From NCBI GenBank assembly GCA_965263085.1, contig OZ253582.1, positions 925,848 to 989,847 on the forward strand: a DNA stretch of 64,000 nucleotides, given 5' to 3'. Of the stretch, positions 1 to 9,420 are shown piece by piece. A program made the position numbers and the translations under genes. Origin of the DNA: Nitrospinales bacterium (GTDB lineage: Bacteria > Nitrospinota > Nitrospinia > Nitrospinales > VA-1). Positions within the stretch are counted from its first letter, which is position 1; each line of letters opens with the position of its first letter. The notes beneath the pieces were generated by a model. That model ran no database searches, had not been told where the DNA came from, and saw only the letters and a program-made list of their open reading frames with translations.

Positions 1-1
1 G

Positions 2-1540
2 CCAGATGTCGCACACTGGGATATTTCTGTCTCTGACGACAGAAATAACCCGGACTACCAGAAAGTCCGAGATCTGGTTTCGGGAAAACAATTTGACGAT
101 GCCATCGCGATTCTTGACGGGAAAATCTCCCAGCAACCGGCAGAAGCGACCCCCGAAATTCTGAAAGCAGTGATTTTAAATGAGAAAGATGAGCCTCGGA
201 AGGCTCTAGAAGTTCTCCTGACCGGATTTAAAAAGGAGCGCCAGCACCCTGCCCTGCATTTTGCCTTCTGCCAGATCCATCGCAAACTGGGCAACGGCCT
301 GATCTCGGAAAAAGCTTGTACCATCGCCACTCAGCAGCATCACCAAGATCCTTTGGCGCATTATGAGCTTGCTTTGACTTTGATGGCTCTAGGTAAGGCA
401 AAAGAAGCTAACAGGGAGTTAGCCGAAAGTGCCAAGCTGGATCCAAAAAACTCAACCTACCCTCACGAAAGAGGAATGGTTTTTAATTATATGAATCAGA
501 ATAATGAGGCTGAAAAATCTTTCAAGCACGCATTTTCACTCGACAAGAACAATAATGTTAAAGCGGCTTACCAACTTGCTTATCTTTATGCCGCGCGGAA
601 CGACAAAGAGCAAGCAGAATCCTATATCAATCACATTCTGGACAACCACCGGGATCAGCCTGAGGCAGCTTCGGCTAAACTACTCAAAGAATACATTTAT
701 AAAAATGCCACAGACAAGTTGCCTTTGAAAGTTGTTCCGGGACAGTATCATTTGAGTCGGTCTAAATCCCTTTACCAGTCTAAACAATTCGGTTTGTGCC
801 TCATCGAGGCGGAAACTGCTGCACGCCTGAGCCCCGGCGACCTGACAGTCCAAGAGATTCTTGTTGGGCTCCACAGTATATTTCTGAGATTGGACATGGC
901 GGAAAAATCTGTCCAGCAGTTTATTGAATACGCCAAAGACGACGAAAAACTCAAGGGCAGAGGATACCAGGAATTGGCAGACATAGAGGTTCTTCGAGGT
1001 CATTTAACTGAAGCCAAAGAACTCTATAAAAAGGCTAAGGACCTGGGAGACCCGCATGGGATCGCCAAGGCCTCTCTGGATGAGTTTCCAGAGAAAATTG
1101 ATTCGACAGAGCGGCAACCTCTAGACCCAAATGTTTTATTTATCAACCCCACCGAAGCATTGAACAGGAAAGGAGAGATTTTTGCTCATTTTGGAATGTA
1201 CCAACGAGCCTTGGGAATCTATTCCATGGTTTTAAGAATGGACCCCGCCAACCTCACTGCTCTGCTCAATACCGCCACTGCCAATTATAAAAAAGGAGAA
1301 TATAACCTGGCTATCTCTATTCTGGAAAGATTGTTTATAATTCATCCCAATCACGAACATATCATCGCCCATCGGTTACTACTAGCCCGGTCCTACGTCA
1401 TGAACGGGGATCTCGGAGATGGAATCAAAAATCTTGAAATTGTCATGAACTCGAACCCAGGCATGAAAAAAGTCATCGCCTCAGACCCAACTTTCGAGAG
1501 GTTAAGGGCTCTTGAGTCCTTCAACACTTTAGTTCAGTAA
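2..1540 (+). CDS. TPR-repeat protein, 5' end runs off the window
   Basis: The frame of ORF 170..1540 stays open back to base 2, so the listed GTG start is probably internal. It has repeated about 34-aa helical A/L/Y/N-rich units, e.g. HYELALTLMALGKAKEANRELAESAKLDPKN and AYQLAYLYAARNDKEQAESY. Confidence 0.7.
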   Translation, partial: PDVAHWDISVSDDRNNPDYQKVRDLVSGKQFDDAIAILDGKISQQPAEATPEILKAVILNEKDEPRKALEVLLTGFKKERQHPALHFAFCQIHRKLGNGLISEKACTIATQQHHQDPLAHYELALTLMALGKAKEANRELAESAKLDPKNSTYPHERGMVFNYMNQNNEAEKSFKHAFSLDKNNNVKAAYQLAYLYAARNDKEQAESYINHILDNHRDQPEAASAKLLKEYIYKNATDKLPLKVVPGQYHLSRSKSLYQSKQFGLCLIEAETAARLSPGDLTVQEILVGLHSIFLRLDMAEKSVQQFIEYAKDDEKLKGRGYQELADIEVLRGHLTEAKELYKKAKDLGDPHGIAKASLDEFPEKIDSTERQPLDPNVLFINPTEALNRKGEIFAHFGMYQRALGIYSMVLRMDPANLTALLNTATANYKKGEYNLAISILERLFIIHPNHEHIIAHRLLLARSYVMNGDLGDGIKNLEIVMNSNPGMKKVIASDPTFERLRALESFNTLVQ

Positions 1541-1665
1541 GGCCCCATGTCTTGGCAAAAGTTAAGTTTGACTTTAAATTTTCGTTCCTGTCTAATGATT
1601 TGAAATTCCAACTCTTTATTTCTTTGATAAAGACCCCACGAACCCAAGCTACGGGGAGTCTTCAC

Positions 1666-2121
1666 ATGGCCTCAACCCAATACGTGTCTAAAGATTGGAG
1701 ATTGTTTTCAGTTTTTGTAGCTTTTTTTATATCAAGCTTTTTCCTGATTCAAGCTCCAAAAGCTTTTGCCGGGGATATTTGCGTGGATGGACTGGAGGAG
1801 TTACAAAGAAGCCAGGAAGTTATTCAAAATAAAGGAGGAATTTGGGGATACCTTGAACAATCTTCCATTCTGAAAGACAAATCCATATTAGGGCTGCAAA
1901 TTGACGGCAAACTGCAACGCCTGACCGTTTCTTTTGAAAGCCTTTGCGGAAAAGGCAAAACCCCTACTCCCAAGCTTTATAATTTAATTTTAAACCTCAT
2001 CGGGGATGCCAGGATAATTTTCAATAGAGCCGCTGACCAACAGGACAAAAATAAAGTACTGGAAAGACTGAACGACTTGAACAAAAACATTGATGAACTG
2101 CTGGTCCAACTGCACAGCTAA
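1666..2121 (+). CDS. small secreted hypothetical protein
   Basis: An internal ATG at 1666 in ORF 1552..2121 precedes a signal-peptide-like segment (WRLFSVFVAFFISSFFLIQAPKAFAG). I recognise no family. The upstream 38 codons begin at a non-ATG start and look non-coding. Confidence 0.45.
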   Translation: MASTQYVSKDWRLFSVFVAFFISSFFLIQAPKAFAGDICVDGLEELQRSQEVIQNKGGIWGYLEQSSILKDKSILGLQIDGKLQRLTVSFESLCGKGKTPTPKLYNLILNLIGDARIIFNRAADQQDKNKVLERLNDLNKNIDELLVQLHS

Positions 2122-2127
2122 GCGATC

Positions 2128-2592
2128 ATGACTGAATTAAAAGAAGGAAAGAAGGCACCAGACTTTACGGCGATTGATCAGGACAGGAAAAAAGTTAAAC
2201 TCAGTTCTTTTAAGGGTAAAAAGAATGTCGTGCTTTACTTTTATCCTAAAGATATGACCCCAGGGTGTACCACACAGGCCTGCGAATTCCGCGACCAACA
2301 TAAAAAATTCAAAGATACCGTCATCCTCGGTGTGAGCATCGACTCTACCGAAAGACATCAGAAGTTTATTGAAAAATACGACCTCCCCTTCACCCTCCTT
2401 GCCGATACCGAGAAAAAGGTAGTGCAAAAATACGGAGTTTGGCAGGAAAAAAAGCTCTATGGAAGAACCTTTATGGGAATTGTTCGAACGACCTTCATCA
2501 TCGACAAGACAGGCACAGTCCAGAAAATATTCCCCAAGGTCAAAGTAAAAAACCATATAGAGGAAGTCCTTTCCGCCTTGAAGGAAACCTAA
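2128..2592 (+). CDS. bcp: thiol peroxidase / peroxiredoxin Bcp
   Basis: 154 aa, with the FYPKDMTPGCTTQACEFRD peroxidatic-Cys motif typical of Bcp/PrxQ. Confidence 0.9.
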   Translation: MTELKEGKKAPDFTAIDQDRKKVKLSSFKGKKNVVLYFYPKDMTPGCTTQACEFRDQHKKFKDTVILGVSIDSTERHQKFIEKYDLPFTLLADTEKKVVQKYGVWQEKKLYGRTFMGIVRTTFIIDKTGTVQKIFPKVKVKNHIEEVLSALKET

Positions 2593-4001
2593 TTCTCCTT
2601 CCCGCCAGCCATTAACTTCTCGATCTGTTTTACAGTTCTGGGAATCTTACTGGAAAGGTTCAGGCAACCTGTTGCTGTCATCACAAGATTGTCTTCGATG
2701 CGAATGCCTATTTTTTCATCATAGTTTTTGCCGTTCAGGCGCAGGCGAAACTCCCCATACAATCCAGGTTCATTGCTGATCATCCAGCCCGGTTTCATAG
2801 GTTGCTCGACATAATTGCGGAAAGGGTCTCCATCATGCTCCTGTTCGCCCATCAAGTGGCTCACCCCGTGCGGCCTCCCTTTATATTGCAGTTTAAGCTT
2901 TCCCCCGACTGCCTTGAAGTCGCGCTCAAGCCCTTGATTGACCGCGTCCCAGCATACCGTGTTCAACTCTTCAATCGTCAGTCCAGCGCGCGCTTTTTTC
3001 TCCACAGCAATCTGGGCTTTCAGAACTATTTCATAAAGTATTTTCTGCATAGGATTAAACCGACCCGATACAGGAAAAGTCCGGGTGATATCAGCGTGCA
3101 TGGTCATCCAGCGCACTCCAAAATCAATCAGCATCATTTCATCTTTTGAAAAATCGTCATCGTTCTTTGTGTAATGGAGAATGGTTGCGTTAGCTCCTGA
3201 TGCCACGATAGAAGGGTAGCTAAGACCAAAAGACGTATTCATCAGCATCTGTCCTTCGAGAAACCCCTGCACCTGACACTCATTTTTGAAGTTTCCGAAA
3301 TTTTTCAGCATAACCTTATACCCGTTTCCGGTTATGTCTTGGGCTTTTCTGGCGTTGGAAATATCATACTTATCCAACGGCAGACGCAATTCAAAATGAT
3401 TCTTCATGATATTCTTCAAAGCTGTTTTGGAAAATTTCCAGGACCGCAACCATCCTTCAAGTTTTTTTTTGAAATCAAAATTATGATCCGTGGTGATGCT
3501 GGCAGCTTTGCCCTTTCGAATGCCTTCCAGCCAGAGCGTTCCCAAGGTTTTTTTCTTCTGCTTCATGAACCGCTCTTTCAGGACATCCTTAAATTCACGA
3601 ATATCGCGAACATCCTGTATTCCTGTGACCGCCCGTGCTTCCTTCAGACTTTGGTCGTCCCCGGCTCCAAAACGAACTCCTTCCCAAAACTCAAAAATTC
3701 GGTCCTTCCTGCCCACAAATAAAATTTCGTCAGATACTTTTGAGTTCGGGTCCAGCAACAGGATGACATTATTCTGGTTAATGCCGGTTAAATACATCAT
3801 TGCCGGCTCCTGATAAGTAGGACTATGAGCATAGGACCATGTCGTTTTCCCTCCCGGACCATAAGGGACTCCGGCAATGGCCATGAGTTGGCCTTCCCTA
3901 GCCATCAATTTTTTTCTTCTTTCACGAAATCTCCGTTGGGCAAAGGCCCCCGCCCCACCATCCCGGAATATACCTGTATAAATTTTTTTTAAGGTCTTCA
4001 T
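2589..4001 (-). CDS. M24-family Xaa-Pro aminopeptidase
   Basis: 470 aa. The C-terminal pita-bread fold signatures are present in order: LIDFG, HLMGEQEHD, ISNEPGLY, IRIEDNL. Confidence 0.85.
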   Translation of the reverse strand: MKTLKKIYTGIFRDGGAGAFAQRRFRERRKKLMAREGQLMAIAGVPYGPGGKTTWSYAHSPTYQEPAMMYLTGINQNNVILLLDPNSKVSDEILFVGRKDRIFEFWEGVRFGAGDDQSLKEARAVTGIQDVRDIREFKDVLKERFMKQKKKTLGTLWLEGIRKGKAASITTDHNFDFKKKLEGWLRSWKFSKTALKNIMKNHFELRLPLDKYDISNARKAQDITGNGYKVMLKNFGNFKNECQVQGFLEGQMLMNTSFGLSYPSIVASGANATILHYTKNDDDFSKDEMMLIDFGVRWMTMHADITRTFPVSGRFNPMQKILYEIVLKAQIAVEKKARAGLTIEELNTVCWDAVNQGLERDFKAVGGKLKLQYKGRPHGVSHLMGEQEHDGDPFRNYVEQPMKPGWMISNEPGLYGEFRLRLNGKNYDEKIGIRIEDNLVMTATGCLNLSSKIPRTVKQIEKLMAGGKEN

Positions 4002-4141
4002 ATAAAGTTTATTTTTAAATAGATCTATAATAGATTGTAGTTTTATTGATCTGCAACTCGTCAGCGTAGAAGTTTTAATAACACACTAAACGTGATCGTG
4101 ACCCAACCTTGGCTTATTAAAGCGCAAACTCTCTCTTACTA

Positions 4142-4324
4142 TGCGGACGATATACTCTTGCCAAACCCTTGAAAGCTATAGAGTCACATTTTGGCCCTCT
4201 CCATATAAGCCTAGAATATCGCCCAAACTAAAACATCACTCCCAGCCAGATGTCGCCGGTAGTCATCAACCGTTTCGGGCAAAGGGAATTGATACAAATG
4301 AAATGGGGCCTGGTGCCATCCTAG
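4142..4324 (+). pseudogene. relic of an SOS-response-associated peptidase (SRAP/YedK-type) gene; N-terminal about 60 codons only
   Basis: The frame from 4142 reads CGRYTLAKPLKAIESHFGPLHISLEYRPN*NITPSQMSPVVINRFGQRELIQMKWGLVPS*AKP. It matches the SRAP N-terminal consensus (MCGRY.., RYN[IV]APTQ, PVV, MRWGLVPSWAK). It has no ATG before the Cys, two in-frame stops, and is truncated by the neighbouring gene. Confidence 0.6.
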
Positions 4325-4350
4325 GCCAAGCCTGAAATCTTACAAAGCCT

Positions 4351-4959
4351 CTAATCTTTTTTCTTCAAAACCCCCAACCATTCCTTGTCTTTTCTCTGCT
4401 CAATAGACAAAGATGTTTTATCGAACTCCTGAATTTCAAAATTCTTCGAAAAGTTTATTTCAATATCTTCACGGGTGGTGTTGTAGGGAGGGCCACCTTC
4501 CTTACCCGTGTGATAAAACAATCCCACCAGCATTCCCTTTGGCCTCAATACTCTTGCAATGTTCAGGGCATAATCCTGTCTCCGTCGGGGAGAAATGGCA
4601 CAAAAAAATGTCTGCTCAAGCACTAGGTCATAAACACCGTCATGAGAGTCATCAAGACTGAAGAAGTCCTGATGCAAAACCCGGCCTTCAAGATTTCGTT
4701 CGCTCAGAGCGTTTTCCAAATAAGTAACGGCGCCTTCAGAAAAGTCAACAGCCGTCACCTCAAATCCATTTTCTGCCAAGAAGACCACTTCATGCCCTCT
4801 TCCGCATCCGGGAATCAGTACTTTGCCTACAGGCAGTTTTTCCTCTTGCCACAACTTAGCAAAAGGAGGAGCCACCTGACCCAGGTCCCAACCCAGGTCA
4901 TTGGATTCATAGTGCTCTTGCCAGTCTTCTTTAGTGTATTCTTCTGATTCCCGATTCAT
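4351..4959 (-). CDS. TPMT-family SAM-dependent methyltransferase (possible thiol/halide methyltransferase)
   Basis: 202 aa. It has W..HY..LGWDLG at the N-terminus and then the VLIPGCGRGHEVVFLAENGFEVTAVDFS SAM-binding motif, as in thiopurine S-methyltransferase-like enzymes. Confidence 0.75.
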   Translation of the reverse strand: MNRESEEYTKEDWQEHYESNDLGWDLGQVAPPFAKLWQEEKLPVGKVLIPGCGRGHEVVFLAENGFEVTAVDFSEGAVTYLENALSERNLEGRVLHQDFFSLDDSHDGVYDLVLEQTFFCAISPRRRQDYALNIARVLRPKGMLVGLFYHTGKEGGPPYNTTREDIEINFSKNFEIQEFDKTSLSIEQRKDKEWLGVLKKKD

Positions 4960-5882
4960 AACAAACCAAAATACTCAACAAGGTTCTGGATGGCAGCTTT
5001 ACCCATCGCTTCAACCGCTTCCTGTGTATTACCTCCAATATGCGGAGTCACCATCAGATTGGGAAGTTGAAGGAATTTGGAACCTATTGGAGGTTCCTCC
5101 CAAAACACATCCAATCCCGCACCGGCAATTTCTCCCGACACCAACGCTTGATGAAGGCTCTCCTGATGAACCACTCGGCCTCTGCTGGTATTGACTAGAA
5201 AGGCTGACGTTTTCATTTTCGCAAACACTGCTTTGTCTATAAAGCTCTTGGTATCTTTGGTCAATGGCACATGAAGGGTCACAATATCGGCATCTCCAAT
5301 GAGTTCTTCGAATCCCGTCTCCACCGCGCCAAACTGGTGGCAAAACTCGCTACGGTCCGCAATATCCCGTACCAGAATCCGGCATTGAAACGGCTGCAGT
5401 AGGCGCGCTAGTTCCTGCCCCACATTGCCGCAACCAATGATGCCTACAGTTTTTCCGGTGAGTTCCTGCCCCCCATCGCGTTGCCAGACCCCTCGTTTTA
5501 ATTCTTCGGACAACATATTATGGCAGAGCCCTATCATGAATCCCAATGTCAGTTCGGCCACAGACCTTCTGTTAATGCCGGGAGTCACTCGCAACTCAAT
5601 GTTGGCACGGCTTAGCACCTCATGGTCCAGATTGTCCAGCCCCACACCATATTTTGAAATCATTCTCAATTTAGGCAAAGAGCGGATCAACTCAGCGTTG
5701 ACAAGTTCTCTTCCTATCAAAGCGGCATCGGCATCCGCTAAAAAATCGACCAATTCGGGCATTGAAAGGTATCCATCTTTTTCGTTGAAGACAGCGTTAG
5801 GAAAGTGACTCAACAATTTGGTTCTTAATGAGTTTAATTTACAAAAGGCTGGAGGGGTAACCATCACTTTTGGGGCATCCAT
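4956..5882 (-). CDS. D-isomer-specific 2-hydroxyacid dehydrogenase (PGDH-like)
   Basis: 308 aa, with the NAD motif GKTVGIIGCGNVGQELA, catalytic-region RGRVV...GAGLDVF..EP and TPHIGG. Confidence 0.85.
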   Translation of the reverse strand: MDAPKVMVTPPAFCKLNSLRTKLLSHFPNAVFNEKDGYLSMPELVDFLADADAALIGRELVNAELIRSLPKLRMISKYGVGLDNLDHEVLSRANIELRVTPGINRRSVAELTLGFMIGLCHNMLSEELKRGVWQRDGGQELTGKTVGIIGCGNVGQELARLLQPFQCRILVRDIADRSEFCHQFGAVETGFEELIGDADIVTLHVPLTKDTKSFIDKAVFAKMKTSAFLVNTSRGRVVHQESLHQALVSGEIAGAGLDVFWEEPPIGSKFLQLPNLMVTPHIGGNTQEAVEAMGKAAIQNLVEYFGLL

Positions 5883-5885
5883 GGC

Positions 5886-7076
5886 TCAGCCCAAAATCTG
5901 GGTCACAATAGAAGCACCGGCAGTGTAGGTACCAATCACAGAACCTAAACTGGAAAAAAAGAAAATCAGAAACAGCCGGGCAACACGGTTTTTCCACCAC
6001 ATGGAATAGACGACAATATCTTCGCGTAGGGTTTCAAAGTCACTCACTTTTGGTTTACGCATATAAGATTCTACCAAACCCACCACCATTCCCGCTCCAA
6101 TAGTGGGATTCAAAGATGTCAAAGGCGCCGCGAAAAAACTGGTAATGATAGAGACAGGGTGCCCAAAAGCAATCAAGGTTCCCAATGCACAAAAGCCCCC
6201 ATTAAACAAAATCCAAGTCACCACCAACTGCTCTCCCAATTCGGGAGACTGGCGGAAGCCAACCACAAACATTGCCAGAATAAATACGCATATCCCCCAA
6301 CCTATAAAATAACCAACCCGACTTGGAGGCGGCTTTTGATCCAGCATTTCCAGATGATCCGAATCAGGAGGAGACTGCATGGCTGGAAGCATGCCAATTA
6401 AATGTCCGGCACCAACCAGTGCCAAAATTCTTTTTGGGGGATTCGGTTCATAAGTAATCTGCGCCAAACGCCCCACCATATACTGATCCCTCTCATCGAT
6501 CAGGATTCTTTTGATCTCTGGTAACTCCTCACCAAACTCACTCACCACCGAATGCAATAAGTCTCCCTGCTTAAGGTCTTCAATCTGATCTTCACTGATC
6601 TCTTCCCCAACAAACACTCCCGCAATCATTCCCCCGATAATTTTAAATTTTTGCCAGAACGGCACTCCGGTGACCAGCCGATGCAGGGTGATCGATATAT
6701 TCCGGTCAATGACTTCCAACCTGATATTTTTATCATGCGCCAGTTGAACGGCTCGAATCATTTCCTGCCCTGCCTCAACGCCAATCCGTTCAGCCAGACG
6801 TTTCTGATAGGCAGTCAAAGCCAGGTTGATCAGCAAGAGCCCGGCTTTCTTTTGGCGGAAAACCTGATAGATATCAAGATTCTTCCACCAAGTCTGGTTG
6901 GTGAGATTTTCTAGACGCGGAGGACACAATTCCACCGCGACACAATCGTAATCGCCGTTCTGAATATGTTCCTCGACCATTTCCACGCTCAACTGGGAGA
7001 CATGGGCCGTGCCCATCAAGGTCACTTCCGACTCACCTAGGTGGACGACTTTAACAACATCTTCTTGTTTTTCCAA
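5886..7076 (-). CDS. TraB/PrgY-family protein with C-terminal membrane domain
   Basis: 396 aa, with the VTLMGTAHVS motif of the TraB family, a GAGH motif, and about 4 hydrophobic helices at the C-terminus. Confidence 0.75.
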   Translation of the reverse strand: MEKQEDVVKVVHLGESEVTLMGTAHVSQLSVEMVEEHIQNGDYDCVAVELCPPRLENLTNQTWWKNLDIYQVFRQKKAGLLLINLALTAYQKRLAERIGVEAGQEMIRAVQLAHDKNIRLEVIDRNISITLHRLVTGVPFWQKFKIIGGMIAGVFVGEEISEDQIEDLKQGDLLHSVVSEFGEELPEIKRILIDERDQYMVGRLAQITYEPNPPKRILALVGAGHLIGMLPAMQSPPDSDHLEMLDQKPPPSRVGYFIGWGICVFILAMFVVGFRQSPELGEQLVVTWILFNGGFCALGTLIAFGHPVSIITSFFAAPLTSLNPTIGAGMVVGLVESYMRKPKVSDFETLREDIVVYSMWWKNRVARLFLIFFFSSLGSVIGTYTAGASIVTQILG

Positions 7077-7246
7077 AGTATCCTTTCCTCAATAGCAGAG
7101 AACCTAAAAAACTAAACCACCAAACAAGCAACAAAAAATTAATCGAGTTAAAATGAGGGGGATTGTATCCGTTGACGGGATTATCCTTTAAATAATGAGA
7201 CATATAATTTAACATAAACCCCTTTAGTATTGAATCGGTCTTTTCC

Positions 7247-9238
7247 ATGCAATCGTTTAAACTTCAAGCTGACTACAAACCCGCCGGAGGCCAACCTCAA
7301 GCCATAGAAAAGCTGGTAAGAGGCCTGGATTCTAACCCAAGCTCACAGACTCTTCTCGGGGTAACGGGGTCCGGGAAAACCTACACTATTGCCAATGTCA
7401 TCGAACAGGTGCAAAAACCAACCCTAGTGCTCGCCCACAATAAAACTCTTGCGGCTCAACTTTACAATGAGTTCAAAACATTTTTTCCGGATAACGCGGT
7501 GGGATACTTTGTTAGCTACTATGATTATTATCAGCCAGAAGCCTACCTGGCCCAAACCGATACCTATATTGAAAAAGATGCCTCCATCAATGACGAGATT
7601 GATAAAATGCGGCATTCGGCTACTCATGCCCTGTTTGAACGCCAAGATGTCATCGTCGTCGCCAGCGTTTCCTGCATTTATGGCCTGGGTTCACCGGAAG
7701 CCTACCACGGCATGCTACTGTTTCTGGAAAGAGGCAAAACCCTTGAGAGAAATCAAGCTCTGCAGAAACTCGTGGAAATCCAATATAAGAGAAACGATGT
7801 GGACTTACAGCGCGGCACCTTTCGGGTGCGGGGAGACATCCTGGAAATTCTGCCTGTTTACGAAAGAAACGAAGCCTTGCGGATCGAATTTTTTGGCGAC
7901 CAGATAGACCAAATTTCCGCTTTTGATCCACTCACCCGCCAATCAATCCGGAAGTTGGACCGTATCGCTATTTATCCAGCCAGCCATTATGCCACGCCGA
8001 AAGAACTTCTGGCAAAAGCAATGGAAAACATCCGAAAAGAACTGATTGAACGGGTGGCCTATTTTGAAAGTCAGAACCTTCTTGTCGAAGCCCAGAGAAT
8101 TGACCAGAAGACCTTGTTTGATCTGGAGATGATCAAGGAAGTCGGCTACTGCCAAGGCATCGAAAACTATTCCCGCCACCTCATGGCCAGACCTGCAGGC
8201 GAACCACCACCGACTTTGCTGAATTATTTTCCCGAAGATTCGCTTTTTATTATTGATGAGAGTCACGCGACCCTGCCGCAGTTGCAAGGCATGTACAAGG
8301 GCGACCGCTCCCGCAAAGAGACTCTGATCCGGTATGGTTTCCGCCTGCCTTCGGCCTTTGACAACCGGCCTCTGAAGTTTGAGGAATTTGACCAGCATGT
8401 CCGCAATATTATTTATGTTTCCGCCACCCCGGGTTCCTATGAACTGGAAAAATCGGGAAATCAATCGGTGGAACTGATCGCGAGACCAACGGGACTGGTG
8501 GATCCAGAAATTAAGATTAAACCCGTGGCCAGTCAGGTAGATGATTTATATAACCAGATCCGCGCACGGGCAGAAAAAAATCAGCGCTGTTTAATCACGA
8601 CACTGACCAAAAGATTTTCCGAAGATTTGGCGGAACATTATTCCGAGCTTGGGTTGAAGGTCAAATACCTGCATTCCGACATCGTGACCCTAGAACGGAC
8701 TCAGATCATCCGAGAACTCCGGCTGGGAGAATTCGACGCACTGATAGGAATCAATTTACTACGGGAGGGGCTTGATATTCCTGAGGTTTCTTTAGTCGCT
8801 ATTTTAGATGCAGACAAAGAAGGTTTTCTGCGGTCCACCACATCCCTGATCCAAACCTCTGGAAGGGCGGCAAGAAATATTTCAGGCAAAGTTATCTTTT
8901 ATGCAGACAGGGTGACCAAATCCATGCAAGCCGCCATCAATGAAATGAGTCGTAGAAGGGAAATCCAGCTTGCTTATAATCAAGAACACAACATAACCCC
9001 GCGCTCCATTCAAAGAGCCATTGAAGTCTCCATGGAGTATTCAAAAAACCTGGAACCTGCATTCGAGGTAATGGAAGAAAAGGAAACCTATGAATCAGGG
9101 AAGCCGGTTCTGCAGTTGATTGCGGAACTGGAAAAAAAGATGCTCTCTGTGGCAAAAGATCTGGAGTTTGAAAAAGCTACCGAACTCCGGGACCAGATCA
9201 AACGGCTACGGGAAAAGGACCTGAAGATTGTTTTATAA
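7247..9238 (+). CDS. uvrB: excinuclease ABC subunit B
   Basis: 663 aa, with Walker A GVTGSGKT, beta-hairpin region [10 protein letters not shown], helicase motifs, and the C-terminal UVR domain ([15 protein letters not shown]). Confidence 0.97.
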   Translation: MQSFKLQADYKPAGGQPQAIEKLVRGLDSNPSSQTLLGVTGSGKTYTIANVIEQVQKPTLVLAHNKTLAAQLYNEFKTFFPDNAVGYFVSYYDYYQPEAYLAQTDTYIEKDASINDEIDKMRHSATHALFERQDVIVVASVSCIYGLGSPEAYHGMLLFLERGKTLERNQALQKLVEIQYKRNDVDLQRGTFRVRGDILEILPVYERNEALRIEFFGDQIDQISAFDPLTRQSIRKLDRIAIYPASHYATPKELLAKAMENIRKELIERVAYFESQNLLVEAQRIDQKTLFDLEMIKEVGYCQGIENYSRHLMARPAGEPPPTLLNYFPEDSLFIIDESHATLPQLQGMYKGDRSRKETLIRYGFRLPSAFDNRPLKFEEFDQHVRNIIYVSATPGSYELEKSGNQSVELIARPTGLVDPEIKIKPVASQVDDLYNQIRARAEKNQRCLITTLTKRFSEDLAEHYSELGLKVKYLHSDIVTLERTQIIRELRLGEFDALIGINLLREGLDIPEVSLVAILDADKEGFLRSTTSLIQTSGRAARNISGKVIFYADRVTKSMQAAINEMSRRREIQLAYNQEHNITPRSIQRAIEVSMEYSKNLEPAFEVMEEKETYESGKPVLQLIAELEKKMLSVAKDLEFEKATELRDQIKRLREKDLKIVL

Positions 9239-9420
9239 AATAATCTTGGGCTTTCCCTTATCCTTTGAACTTTGCGGGCGTGCCCCATTACAAAAGGGAC
9301 TTCATCGGTTTTTATAGCGTTGTCAGATAATTAAATTAAACAACCTTATATGGATATATAAGAAAAGACATTTGCCCTGATTACGGGCTTGATGGGGCGG
9401 TTTTTCAATGGCTATGAGGA

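Noticed and set aside
4245-4256. 12-nt identity (GCCAGATGTCGC) with bases 1..12 of the window
   Set aside because: It is a single short match with no extension on either side, so it is most likely chance.
4141-4335. 64-aa ORF in the pepP / methyltransferase spacer
   Set aside because: It is out of frame with the SRAP-like sequence that actually explains this DNA. Its own translation has no protein-like features.
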